From contig CAXXLX010000002.1 of assembly GCA_963665235.2 (NCBI GenBank), positions 96,001-160,000 of the forward strand: 64,000 bases of DNA. The letters run 5' to 3'. Positions 1 to 9,351 of this stretch are shown here, piece after piece. The stretch comes from Candidatus Poribacteria bacterium (GTDB lineage: Bacteria > Poribacteria > WGA-4E > WGA-3G). The notes under the pieces are model-generated. The model worked only from the letters and a program-made list of their open reading frames with translations. It ran no database searches and was not told the DNA's origin. Made by a program: the position numbers and the translations under genes. Positions within the stretch are counted from its first letter, which is position 1. Each line of letters starts with the position of its first letter.

Positions 1-3000
1 ACGGTGAGTATGTCAAGTGCTACCGCCACCGTCACAGCCATCAGCGGCGGGAATGCCACGATAACCGTCACTGCAACTGACCCCGACGGATTAACCGGAA
101 CCCAAACCTTTTCTATCCATGTACCAACGCCGATTCCAGATCAACTCTTGCAACTCGATGGAAGCGGGGTCTCCATTAACCTGAGTCTATACTTCAGTTG
201 GTATTTGGGCTTTAACTTAGATGCAACTAACACTAATTCCGATGTAGTGGGGATAACCCTTCACCGTACCGACCCCCCTCGAATAAGTCTCACACCGAAA
301 GCAGCGGGGACCGCAACTATTACTGTAACGTTGAATCACAACTCAAAGAGTTTCGACGTTAAGGTGAACAAAGCCCCTGAGGCAAACGGCACAATTCCCG
401 ACGGTTCGCCAGGCATCGGCGGCGACGCATACAGTGTAGACGTGAGCTCCTACTTCACCGACGCAAACGGCGACCCGTTGACATATACGGCTGTCTCTTC
501 CGATACCACCAAAGCAACTGTGAGTGTGTCAAATTCGACGGTAACCGTCACAGGCTTGGTAGTAGGGACCGCCACGATAACCGTCACTGCAACAGACCCC
601 CACAATACGTCTGGAACATCGACCTTCACGGCGAATGTATATCAACCCAACCGCGCACCTGTCGCCGAGGGCACGATTGCCGACCAAAAGGTAAAACTTA
701 GCGCGAGCACTACCACAGTTGACGTGAGTAGTTATTTCAGTGATGCAGATGGGGATACGTTGACATACGCGGTTACCTCCTCGGATACGGGTGTTGCAAC
801 CGTGAGCATCTCAAACACCACGGTCACTATCACGCTGGTAGCAACAGGCACCTCCGCTATAACCGTCACTGCAACAGACCCCGCCGGGACATCTGCCACA
901 CAGACCTTCGACGCAAAGGTCTTCGATGGCCCCATTACTGTCGGGACAATTCCCGATAAGTCACTCATAGCTGCTGATGGCTCTGACCCTAACTATATAG
1001 GCAGTCCTGTGAATCTGGCCGCTTACTTCGATGCTGTTGACGCTTTGACCTATACGGCTGTCTCCTCCGATACCAGCAAAGTCACCGTGAGCCTTTCTGG
1101 TACAGCGGTAACCCTCAAACCCGTGTCAGCTCTGTCAGTAGGCACAGCAACAATAACTGTCCGGGCGACTGACCCCGACGCGAAGTATGCCACACAGACG
1201 TTCACCGTGAAGGTGAAGGGAAAACCGGTCCCCAACGGCACAATTCCCAGTCAAACGATAACAATTGGTGGAAGTAGTATTACAATAAACATTGGCGGCT
1301 ACTTCATCGAGCCTGATGGACAGACCATGACTTATACGGTAAATGACTCGTTCCTCGGCGGCAACGAGCAGGTGGTGTACAGTATAAGTGGCAATATATT
1401 AACCATTACGCCTGGGTCCAATCCTTCCACGGGGACGGGGATAGTAACGATACTTGCAAAGGATCCCGATGGACTGGGTGGGGTGCAGCGATTTAGCCTA
1501 ACAGTGCAGTCGACGACGAACAACGCACCCGCAGCAAGTGGAACCATTCCCGATAGCACCAAGAAGGTTGGGCACACTGCATACAGTGTAGACCTGAGCG
1601 GTTACTTCAGCGACGATGATGGGGATACGTTGACATACACGGCGATCTCCTCCGATACCACCAAAGCCACCGTGAGCCTATCGGCTGCAACGCTTACTGT
1701 CACCCCCGTGGCAGCGGGAACACCAACAATAACCGCAACGGCAACTGACCCGAGTGGCGCGTTCGCGACACAGTCCTTCACCATGACGGTGAGACCAGCA
1801 AACCGCGCACCCGTAGTGAGTACCGAAATTCCCGACCAAAAAATAGAAAGAAGGTCTGGTTCTGGTGTAACTGTTGATCTACCCCTTGGAGATTATTTTA
1901 GCGATGCGGATGGGGATGCGTTGACATACACCGTTAAAACGACTTCAGGGCAGCATGTCGTCTGGGCGGGTTTCCATCCGACAAGGCCCTCGACCACGCT
2001 ATCTCTTGTTTCGATGCCTACAGAATCTCCGAATGATTCAGGAACAACAACAGTAACCGTCACAGCTACAGATACCGAAAGCGAAAGTGTAAGCGATTCG
2101 TTCACCGTTACCACGAGCATACCTCCAACCGCGGTGGGCACAATTCCCGACGTAACTGTGAGTCCCAATGGCGGATCCGGTACGGTGGCTTTGGCGGGTA
2201 CCTTCAGCGACGATGATGGGGATACTTTAACTTACTCGGCGAGTTCTTCCGATACCACCAAAGCAACGACCCAGATAGTGTCCCAGCCATTCTTCGGTGT
2301 TCGAATCGATGGAAAAAACGGTGGGCCAGTGACAGTAACAGTAACTGCCACAGATCCCGCCGGTTTTACAGCGTCCCATACCATAAAGGTAGCTGTAGGC
2401 AATCCGCCGACCACTGTGGGAACAATACCGAATAGAACCAGTAAGTTCGGGTGGGGGAATATCAATACGGATGTCAGCTCCTATTTCAACGAGCCTGATG
2501 GGCAGGCGTTGTCCTACTCAGCCAGCTCTTCAAATACCGGGGTAGCATCAGTGAGTGTATCGGGTTCAACTGTCACGGCTAAGCCACAGGGAACAGGGAA
2601 CTCGACGATAACTGTCACAGCCTCGGATCCGAGCGGGTTGACCGCAACCCAAACCTTTATTGTCTATATTCTGCCCGGTTTCGCAGACGCTATTCCGGGA
2701 CTGAGCAGTGAGGAGCAATTGCTACTCGGACAGTTGCTGACGTATGACACAATCATTTTCAATGAACTCCACAACAGCTCAGACGATACAAACGATTGGT
2801 TGGAACTCCGAAACGTCAGTGGTGCTGACCTTCCGCTTGATGACTGGCAACTGACTGTCCGGACAGAGAGCGGTGAGGCAGTTATCAAGTTCCCCGCAGG
2901 CACGGTTATCCCCGCAGGTGATGTCCTCCTACTCACCAACACAGCGGGAGGTCGCGAGCAAAGCTCGCTCCTACAAGAAGATGGCGAGATGGCGACAGCC

Positions 3001-3882
3001 GATGATATGTCTGTGTTATCTGTGGTTTCTGAAGCCTTTGTGTTGCCACAGGCGGCATTTGCATTGATCCTACGAAGTCCGACAGTGTTCGGTGATATAG
3101 CCGGCAACTACTTTGAAGGGGACCGCCCAGAAACCGCCCCCGCGTTCACCGTAGACACGGCATGGGACCGCACCCAGCCGGTTGCCTTCGGGTATCGCGC
3201 CGAGGCGTGGGCAAAGAGCACCTATCAAAATGGGTTGGGCACCCCCGGCTATCTGTTACCCTCTAATAGAAGCGACCTGAACAGGGATGGGGTTGTGAAC
3301 ATCTTTGATTTAGTGTTAGTCGCCTCGCAATTCGGGACGACAAGCACAACTGCCGATCTGAATGGTGACGGCACTGTCAGCATGGCAGATTTAGCGTTAG
3401 TTGCCGGGGCGTTAGGTCCCGCTATCGGTGCACCAACAGCGAGTCAGTCCACTGCCGCGGTTGTCAACAATTGGCTGAAGCTTGCGCGTCAAAACGCATC
3501 AAATGTCGTGAAAACGTCTATCCCAGAAGGGTTCTCTTACGCCCGCGGGATACAGGTGCTTGAAGACTTAGCACGTGCGTTGACACCTGATGCAACCGCG
3601 CTCTTAGCGAACTATCCGAACCCGTTCAATCCAGAGACATGGATACCGTATCAGTTATCAAAAACGGCTGACGTAACGATAACGATATATGCGTCAGATG
3701 GGAACGTTGTTCGGACGTTAGCATTAGGGCATAGGGATGCGGGCATGTATAAGACCCGTAGTCAAGCCGCGTATTGGGATGGCAAAAATGCGTTCGGCGA
3801 GTCCGTAGCCAGCGGTGTGTATTTCTACACCCTCACCGCCGGTGACTTCTCCGCCACGCGCAAAATGCTCATCCTCAAATAA
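1..3882 (+). CDS. Large surface/secreted protein (5' truncated by window): about 9 Ig/cadherin-like repeats, lamin-tail domain, dockerin-like domain, C-terminal FlgD/T9SS-like domain
   Basis: Frame is open from base 1, inside a repeat. About 90-aa repeats NxAPxxxGTIP..D.S.YF.D.DGD.LTY..TITVTATD; IIFNELHN..DWLELRN (LTD); DLNRDGVVNIFDLV..DLNGDGTV (dockerin); LLANYPNPFNPETWIPYQL..SGVYFY..RKMLILK. Confidence 0.9.
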   Translation, partial: TVSMSSATATVTAISGGNATITVTATDPDGLTGTQTFSIHVPTPIPDQLLQLDGSGVSINLSLYFSWYLGFNLDATNTNSDVVGITLHRTDPPRISLTPKAAGTATITVTLNHNSKSFDVKVNKAPEANGTIPDGSPGIGGDAYSVDVSSYFTDANGDPLTYTAVSSDTTKATVSVSNSTVTVTGLVVGTATITVTATDPHNTSGTSTFTANVYQPNRAPVAEGTIADQKVKLSASTTTVDVSSYFSDADGDTLTYAVTSSDTGVATVSISNTTVTITLVATGTSAITVTATDPAGTSATQTFDAKVFDGPITVGTIPDKSLIAADGSDPNYIGSPVNLAAYFDAVDALTYTAVSSDTSKVTVSLSGTAVTLKPVSALSVGTATITVRATDPDAKYATQTFTVKVKGKPVPNGTIPSQTITIGGSSITINIGGYFIEPDGQTMTYTVNDSFLGGNEQVVYSISGNILTITPGSNPSTGTGIVTILAKDPDGLGGVQRFSLTVQSTTNNAPAASGTIPDSTKKVGHTAYSVDLSGYFSDDDGDTLTYTAISSDTTKATVSLSAATLTVTPVAAGTPTITATATDPSGAFATQSFTMTVRPANRAPVVSTEIPDQKIERRSGSGVTVDLPLGDYFSDADGDALTYTVKTTSGQHVVWAGFHPTRPSTTLSLVSMPTESPNDSGTTTVTVTATDTESESVSDSFTVTTSIPPTAVGTIPDVTVSPNGGSGTVALAGTFSDDDGDTLTYSASSSDTTKATTQIVSQPFFGVRIDGKNGGPVTVTVTATDPAGFTASHTIKVAVGNPPTTVGTIPNRTSKFGWGNINTDVSSYFNEPDGQALSYSASSSNTGVASVSVSGSTVTAKPQGTGNSTITVTASDPSGLTATQTFIVYILPGFADAIPGLSSEEQLLLGQLLTYDTIIFNELHNSSDDTNDWLELRNVSGADLPLDDWQLTVRTESGEAVIKFPAGTVIPAGDVLLLTNTAGGREQSSLLQEDGEMATADDMSVLSVVSEAFVLPQAAFALILRSPTVFGDIAGNYFEGDRPETAPAFTVDTAWDRTQPVAFGYRAEAWAKSTYQNGLGTPGYLLPSNRSDLNRDGVVNIFDLVLVASQFGTTSTTADLNGDGTVSMADLALVAGALGPAIGAPTASQSTAAVVNNWLKLARQNASNVVKTSIPEGFSYARGIQVLEDLARALTPDATALLANYPNPFNPETWIPYQLSKTADVTITIYASDGNVVRTLALGHRDAGMYKTRSQAAYWDGKNAFGESVASGVYFYTLTAGDFSATRKMLILK

Positions 3883-4077
3883 TTATTATTTGTCAGAATC
3901 GCGGAAAACACAGAGGACACAGAGGACACGGAAAGAAGAGGTTGTTTGCTAACCTGTCCGCATTTGTGAAGGGGAACTGAAATGCACAAAAGTCCCTTCC
4001 GCGTTTTCCGCGCATTCCGCGATTCAGACACAAAAGAGAGCAGAAGTTTAATAAATTTATTTAAGGAGAACATAATA

Positions 4078-7000
4078 ATGTTACGACAATGGAAAATCCT
4101 AATTATTTCTTTAGCATTAATCATCGTAGGTTCCGTTTTCATGCTAGGCGTTGACGAGGCATTCGCCGCGCCAAATCCGCCAAGCTCTTTCAGTGTATCC
4201 AACGTGACCAGTAAAGGCTTTAAAATCAGCTGGTCGGGTGGCCCGGGCTTTGGATGGTACGCTGACAAGTGGAACTTCCGACACCGAAAAAAGGGCGACA
4301 CAGACTGGACGGAGCAAGGTGAAGGTGGCTATGATTCAATTTCGATTTCTGGTCTAAAGGCAGCCACCACTTATGAATACCAAGTGAAGACTCTGGCCGG
4401 AACTTTTGGTTTTTTTAAGAAATGGACCAGCTGGTCGTCAACACAGGAGGCAACGACGAACAGTCCTCCACAGACGAAAGGGACCATGCCCAACAAAACG
4501 CTCAAAGTTGAGACTAACACGACAATAGATGTGAGCGGTTATTTCACCGATGCCGACAACGATACACTCACCTATGCGGCATCCGTAGAGAATACCGATG
4601 CAAACGTCAGCGTGAGCCTATCAGAGGCAACGTTAACCCTCACACCGGGCGCGAGTGTCGGGACAGCCACAGTCACGGTGACCGCCAGTGATGTGGACAG
4701 CACCGCCACGCAGACCTTCACGGCAACGGTGACTCCAAATCAGGCACCGCAGCCGGTGGGGACAATTCCGGACCAAACACTAAAGGTCGGTGGTACTGAC
4801 CATCTCGGACCTCTGGCAGTCGTTATAATTAATAATATAAGGTTCTATTTCAGCGACTCTGATGACCATACGTTAACCTATAGTGCAACCTCATCCGATA
4901 CGAGCATAGCCACAGTGAGTGTTGCAGAATCAACCTTTATGACCCAATTACTCACCAGGGCTGTAGGTGAGGGGTCGGCGACAATCACCGTCACAGCAAC
5001 GGATAGCCTCGGTGCCACCGCCACACAGACCTTCACGGCAACTGTGCAGCCAAACTCCGCACCGACCACGGTGGGCTCTATTCCTGCCCAAACGGTATCT
5101 TTGAGTGGATCCGCTGAGACAGTAGATGTGAGTAGTTACTTCAGCGATGCCGATAATAATCCGCTAACCTACACTGCAACCCCATCAGATACGAGCACAG
5201 CCACAGTGAATATCGTGGTGTCAGACGCAACGCTCACCATCATCCCAGTAGTTGCAGGGTCGGCGACAATCACCGTCACCGCAACGGATACCGCCAACGC
5301 AACTGCGACACAGACTATCTCTGTCACGGTCGTTACAAACCGAGCACCGGTGCCGGAGGGAACTATTCCAACCCAAACCTTGGGTGTCGGCGGCACAGCT
5401 GCGACAGTGGATATGAGTCCCTACTTCAGCGACCCCGATGGGAATTCACTAACCTATGTTGCAAGACCAGCCGATACGAGCATCGTCACAGTGACCCGGT
5501 CAGGGTCAACGTTCACCATCACACCCGTGGCTGCGGGCACGACGACAATCACCGCGCAGGCGAGTGATGACAGCAACGCATCCGTTACGCAGACCTTCTC
5601 TGTCACAGTCGTTTCAAATAGAACCCCGATCAAGGTGGGTACAATTTCGAGCCAATTGGCGAGAGTCGGTAGCACTGCTGTGACACTTGATGTGAGTCCC
5701 TACTTCAGCGACCGCGATGGACATACATTAACCTATAGCGCAACCTCATCTAGCACAAGCAGAGCTACAGTAAGCCTGTCAGGATCAACCGTAACCATCA
5801 CCGCAGTGGCTGCGGGGTGGTCAACAATAAGAGTGAAAGCCACAGACATCCACAACGCAAGTACCACACAGAGTTTCTCGGTCAAGGTCGTTGCAAGCGA
5901 CGCGGTGGTCCGTGTGGGTACAATTCCGGCACAAACGGTGGCACTGAGTGGAACTGGCGTTGCGACAGTGGATGTAAGTAATTACTTCAGCGGTCCCGAT
6001 GGCGATACGTTAACCTATAGTGCAACCTCATCCAGTACGAGCAGAGCCACAGTGAGCGTGTCAGACGCAACGGTAACCATCACCGGCGTAGCTGCGGGGT
6101 GGTCGACAATAAGGGTGACCGCGACAAATAGCAGCAACGCATCCGCTACACAGAGTTTCTCTACCAGGGTCTATGCAAACCGCGCACCGACCAAGGTGGG
6201 CACAATTCCGACGCTCAATACTGCTCAGACTTGGAATGAGCAGTTCGGCGTTAGCAGCTATTTCAGCGACCCCGATGGCAATACATTGACCTACGCCGCA
6301 AGCTCCTCTGATGACACTATAGCCGAGGCAGGCATTAGTAGCACGGATAGTTCGGCGGTGTATGTCTTCGGAAATGGTGTGGGAACAGCGACAATTACGG
6401 TAACGGCAACAGATCCAAGCAGTGCGACTGCTACGCAGACCTTCTCCGTTGAAGTCGCTGCCGAGGTACACCAGGTTGATGCCGTGCCGGGTCTCAGCAG
6501 CCAAGAAATATCGCAACTCGCGGCATTGCTCACATACAATACGGTTATCATCAATGAACTCCACAACGGTTCTGTTGATGCCACCGACTGGCTGGAACTC
6601 CGAAATGTCAGTGGTGCAGCACTTCCGTTGGACGACTATCAACTCACGATTCGAACGAGCAGAGGGAATGTGATCGTCCCGTTCCCCGCTGGCACGGTTA
6701 TCCCCGCAGGTGATGTCCTCCTACTCACCAACACAGCGGGAGGTCGCGAGCAAAGCTCGCTCCTACAAGAAGATGGCGAGATGGCAACAGCGGATGATAT
6801 GTCCGTGTTATCTGTGGTTTCTGAAAAGTTTGTGTTGCCACAAGCACCGTTTGCCTTAATCCTACGAAGTCCGACAGTGTTCGGTGATATCGCAGGGAAT
6901 TACGTTCAAGGCGAAGCCGTAGCACCGACCCCCGCATTCACCGTAGACACGGCATGGGACCGCACGCAGCCGGTTGGATTCGGGTATCGCGCCGAGGCGT

Positions 7001-7674
7001 GGGCAAAGAGCACGTATCAAAATGGACTCGGCTCCCCAGGCTATCATCCTATGATGCCATCAACGGATTTGAATAACGATGGGGTTGTGAACATCTTCGA
7101 TTTGGTGTTAGTCGCCTCACAGTTCGGGACGACAAGTGCAACCGCCGATTTGAATGGTGATGGCACTGTCAACATGGCAGATTTAGCGTTAGTTGCTGAT
7201 GCGTTAGGGCCCGCTATCGGTGCACCGACAGCGAATCGGTCTGCTGCCGCTGTCGTCAACAATTGGCTGCGTCTCGCACGTCAAAGCGAATCAAAAATTG
7301 TCAAAACCGCTATGCCAAAAGGTTTTTCCTACAGACGCGGGATACAGGTACTTGAAGAGTTAGCACGCGCGCTAACACCGGGGACAACCGCACTCTTAGC
7401 GAACTATCCGAACCCGTTCAATCCGGAGACATGGATACCGTATCAGTTATCAAAAACGGCTGACGTGACGGTAACCATCTATGCCTCGGATGGGAACGTT
7501 GTTCGGACGTTAGCATTAGGGCATAGGGATGCGGGCATGTATAAGACCCGTAGTCAAGCCGCGTATTGGGATGGCAAAAACGAGATAGGCGAGTCCGTAG
7601 CCAGCGGTGTGTATTTCTACACCCTCACCGCCGGTGACTTCTCCGCCACCCGCAAAATGCTCATCCTCAAATAA
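4078..7674 (+). CDS. Secreted FN3 + Ig-like repeat protein with LTD, dockerin-like and C-terminal sorting-like domain
   Basis: RBS AAGGAG before ATG 4078 (MLRQWKILIISLALII.., signal peptide); N-terminal FN3 (..GLKAATTYEYQV); Ig repeats; same C-terminal cassette. Confidence 0.9.
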   Translation: MLRQWKILIISLALIIVGSVFMLGVDEAFAAPNPPSSFSVSNVTSKGFKISWSGGPGFGWYADKWNFRHRKKGDTDWTEQGEGGYDSISISGLKAATTYEYQVKTLAGTFGFFKKWTSWSSTQEATTNSPPQTKGTMPNKTLKVETNTTIDVSGYFTDADNDTLTYAASVENTDANVSVSLSEATLTLTPGASVGTATVTVTASDVDSTATQTFTATVTPNQAPQPVGTIPDQTLKVGGTDHLGPLAVVIINNIRFYFSDSDDHTLTYSATSSDTSIATVSVAESTFMTQLLTRAVGEGSATITVTATDSLGATATQTFTATVQPNSAPTTVGSIPAQTVSLSGSAETVDVSSYFSDADNNPLTYTATPSDTSTATVNIVVSDATLTIIPVVAGSATITVTATDTANATATQTISVTVVTNRAPVPEGTIPTQTLGVGGTAATVDMSPYFSDPDGNSLTYVARPADTSIVTVTRSGSTFTITPVAAGTTTITAQASDDSNASVTQTFSVTVVSNRTPIKVGTISSQLARVGSTAVTLDVSPYFSDRDGHTLTYSATSSSTSRATVSLSGSTVTITAVAAGWSTIRVKATDIHNASTTQSFSVKVVASDAVVRVGTIPAQTVALSGTGVATVDVSNYFSGPDGDTLTYSATSSSTSRATVSVSDATVTITGVAAGWSTIRVTATNSSNASATQSFSTRVYANRAPTKVGTIPTLNTAQTWNEQFGVSSYFSDPDGNTLTYAASSSDDTIAEAGISSTDSSAVYVFGNGVGTATITVTATDPSSATATQTFSVEVAAEVHQVDAVPGLSSQEISQLAALLTYNTVIINELHNGSVDATDWLELRNVSGAALPLDDYQLTIRTSRGNVIVPFPAGTVIPAGDVLLLTNTAGGREQSSLLQEDGEMATADDMSVLSVVSEKFVLPQAPFALILRSPTVFGDIAGNYVQGEAVAPTPAFTVDTAWDRTQPVGFGYRAEAWAKSTYQNGLGSPGYHPMMPSTDLNNDGVVNIFDLVLVASQFGTTSATADLNGDGTVNMADLALVADALGPAIGAPTANRSAAAVVNNWLRLARQSESKIVKTAMPKGFSYRRGIQVLEELARALTPGTTALLANYPNPFNPETWIPYQLSKTADVTVTIYASDGNVVRTLALGHRDAGMYKTRSQAAYWDGKNEIGESVASGVYFYTLTAGDFSATRKMLILK

Positions 7675-7695
7675 TGTACTTAATCGGCGAGGTTT

Positions 7696-7725
7696 TGCGG
7701 CGTACTCGCCCAAATGCGACGTGCA
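7696..7725. repeat. 30-bp micro-insertion TGCGGCGTACTCGCCCAAATGCGACGTGCA (identical copies at 20802-20831, 33904-33933, 36390-36419)
   Basis: Four identical copies, each preceded by TT and followed by TTCA, lying inside two different host repeats. Confidence 0.85.
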
Positions 7726-7935
7726 TTCACAACCTCGCCAGCAATCGAGAGGGCGTAAATCCTAGCTATAACGCTAGCCTGAACTTTAAATATTAACCTA
7801 AGTTGCCACATAGTAGCATAATCTTCCAGATTGTGCATATGTGCCACATAGTAGCATAATCTTCATGAAGATTAAGAAATTAATTCGGTAATTTCTGTTT
7901 TTATGTTATCCTATTGTCCCAGGAGGTATTGTCTT

Positions 7936-9020
7936 ATGTCAAAACGCCATGAACTTGAACTCAGTAAAGATGAACGCCAAAGACTGATTGAACTCCGCGA
8001 TACAGGGGAACCCGCTTATCTTCGGGAACGTGCGGCTGCCCTGCTAAAGATAGCCGCGGGAACTTCTCCACACCGAGATCCGGACACTGTTTATGCCTGG
8101 CTTCGCCGATACCAAGAAGAGGGCATTCAAGGATTGTTTCATAGACCGGGCCGTGGCCGCAAACCCGCGTTCGCCCCCAAATCCCCCGAAGAAGCAGAAA
8201 CCGAGGCGTTGACGGCTATAGGACAAGACCCGGGACAAGTCAAGGCACATCAAACGCGCTGGACGCTTCGCACGGTTGGCGAGGTTGTGCCGTGGCTTGC
8301 TAATATCTCTGTGCCGGGTATCCATCAAATCTTCTCACGCCTGGGCATCAGCTATAAGCGTGCTAGACTGTATTTGCAGAGTCCGGATACAGACTATGCC
8401 AAGAAAATCGAACGGATACAGCAAGTTTTAGAAGAGACCCATCAAAACCCACGAACACGGCTGTGCTTTATCAAGATGAGTTCTCATTTTACCGAAACCC
8501 CACTATAGCAAAAGACTGGGCACAGACAGGGACAAAAACGCCATTAGCCCATCAGAATCAATCGGATAAAACTATTTATGGTATCGGTGCTATGAACCCC
8601 CATACAGGAGACGTTGTTTATCAGCAAGTGCCAAGCTGCACAGTTGTAGCCCTCCATACATTTTATACCGAGATTTGCCAACGCTATCCCGACAAGCAAC
8701 GGATTTATCTTATCCAAGATAATCGGGCGATACATTTTCACGCCAATTTGATGGAGGCACTGCTGCCGCAATCGGTCTCCTTTGTGAAACCGACCCCGCC
8801 GAATTGGACCGGAAAACTTTCCGAGAAAATCGGTGAACTGACAAAACTCCCGATTGAAATAGTGCAGCTGCCGACTTATGCGCCGTGGACAAATCCGATT
8901 GAGAAGTTATGGCGATGCGGCAATCGGTTCTGCATATCCATCGCCTCTGCGATGAGTGGGAGACCCTCAAAGACAAGGTGCTTGACTTTATGACACAGTT
9001 TAGAGGCGGCTCACAAGCAT
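7936..9020 (+). pseudogene. IS630-family transposase, frameshifted and 3' truncated
   Basis: HTH (..TVYAWLRRY..GRKP..RWTL), then LYQDE, LIQDN and LPTYAPWTNPIEKLW DDE motifs, spread over three frames. Confidence 0.85.
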
Positions 9021-9230
9021 TGCCACATAGTAGCATAATCTTCCAGATTGTGCATATTTGTGTGCCACATAGTAGCATAATCTTCCAGATTGTGCATATT
9101 TGTGTGCCACATAGTAGCATAATCTTCCAGATTGTGCATATTTGTGTGCCACATAGTAGCATAATCTTCCAGATTGTGCATATTTGTGTGCCACATAGTA
9201 GCATAATCTTCCAGATTGTGCATATTTGTG
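9021..9230. repeat. Tandem repeat 5 x 42 bp (TGCCACATAGTAGCATAATCTTCCAGATTGTGCATATTTGTG) containing a GTAG-hairpin
   Basis: Five perfect copies read directly; partial copies at 7804-7864. Confidence 0.95.
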
Positions 9231-9351
9231 TGCAAATTGGAAGTGAACCGGACAAATATTAGCTAATTATCAGCATATTTTCATTAAAGACGGTGTTTCC
9301 AGGTCTAAAAACTTATAAGTAGCAACTTGGGTAATATTACAAGGAGACATA

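Larger units (their letters stand above)
7796..9332. mobile_element. Composite MITE-bounded element containing an IS630 pseudogene and a 5x42-bp array
   Basis: TIRs ACCTAAGTTGCCAC / GTAGCAACTTGGGT; 7-bp direct repeat AATATTA at 7789-7795 and 9333-9339; ends match the 152-bp MITE at 34872-35023. Confidence 0.85.

Noticed and set aside
3982-4077. Upstream starts in the ORF track (3982, 21082, 40588, 60775, 61211) and the internal cas3 start at 63968
   Set aside because: Better RBS or signal-peptide starts lie at 4078, 21124, 40645 and 60709; 61211 lies in a spacer; the cas3 frame continues past the window edge
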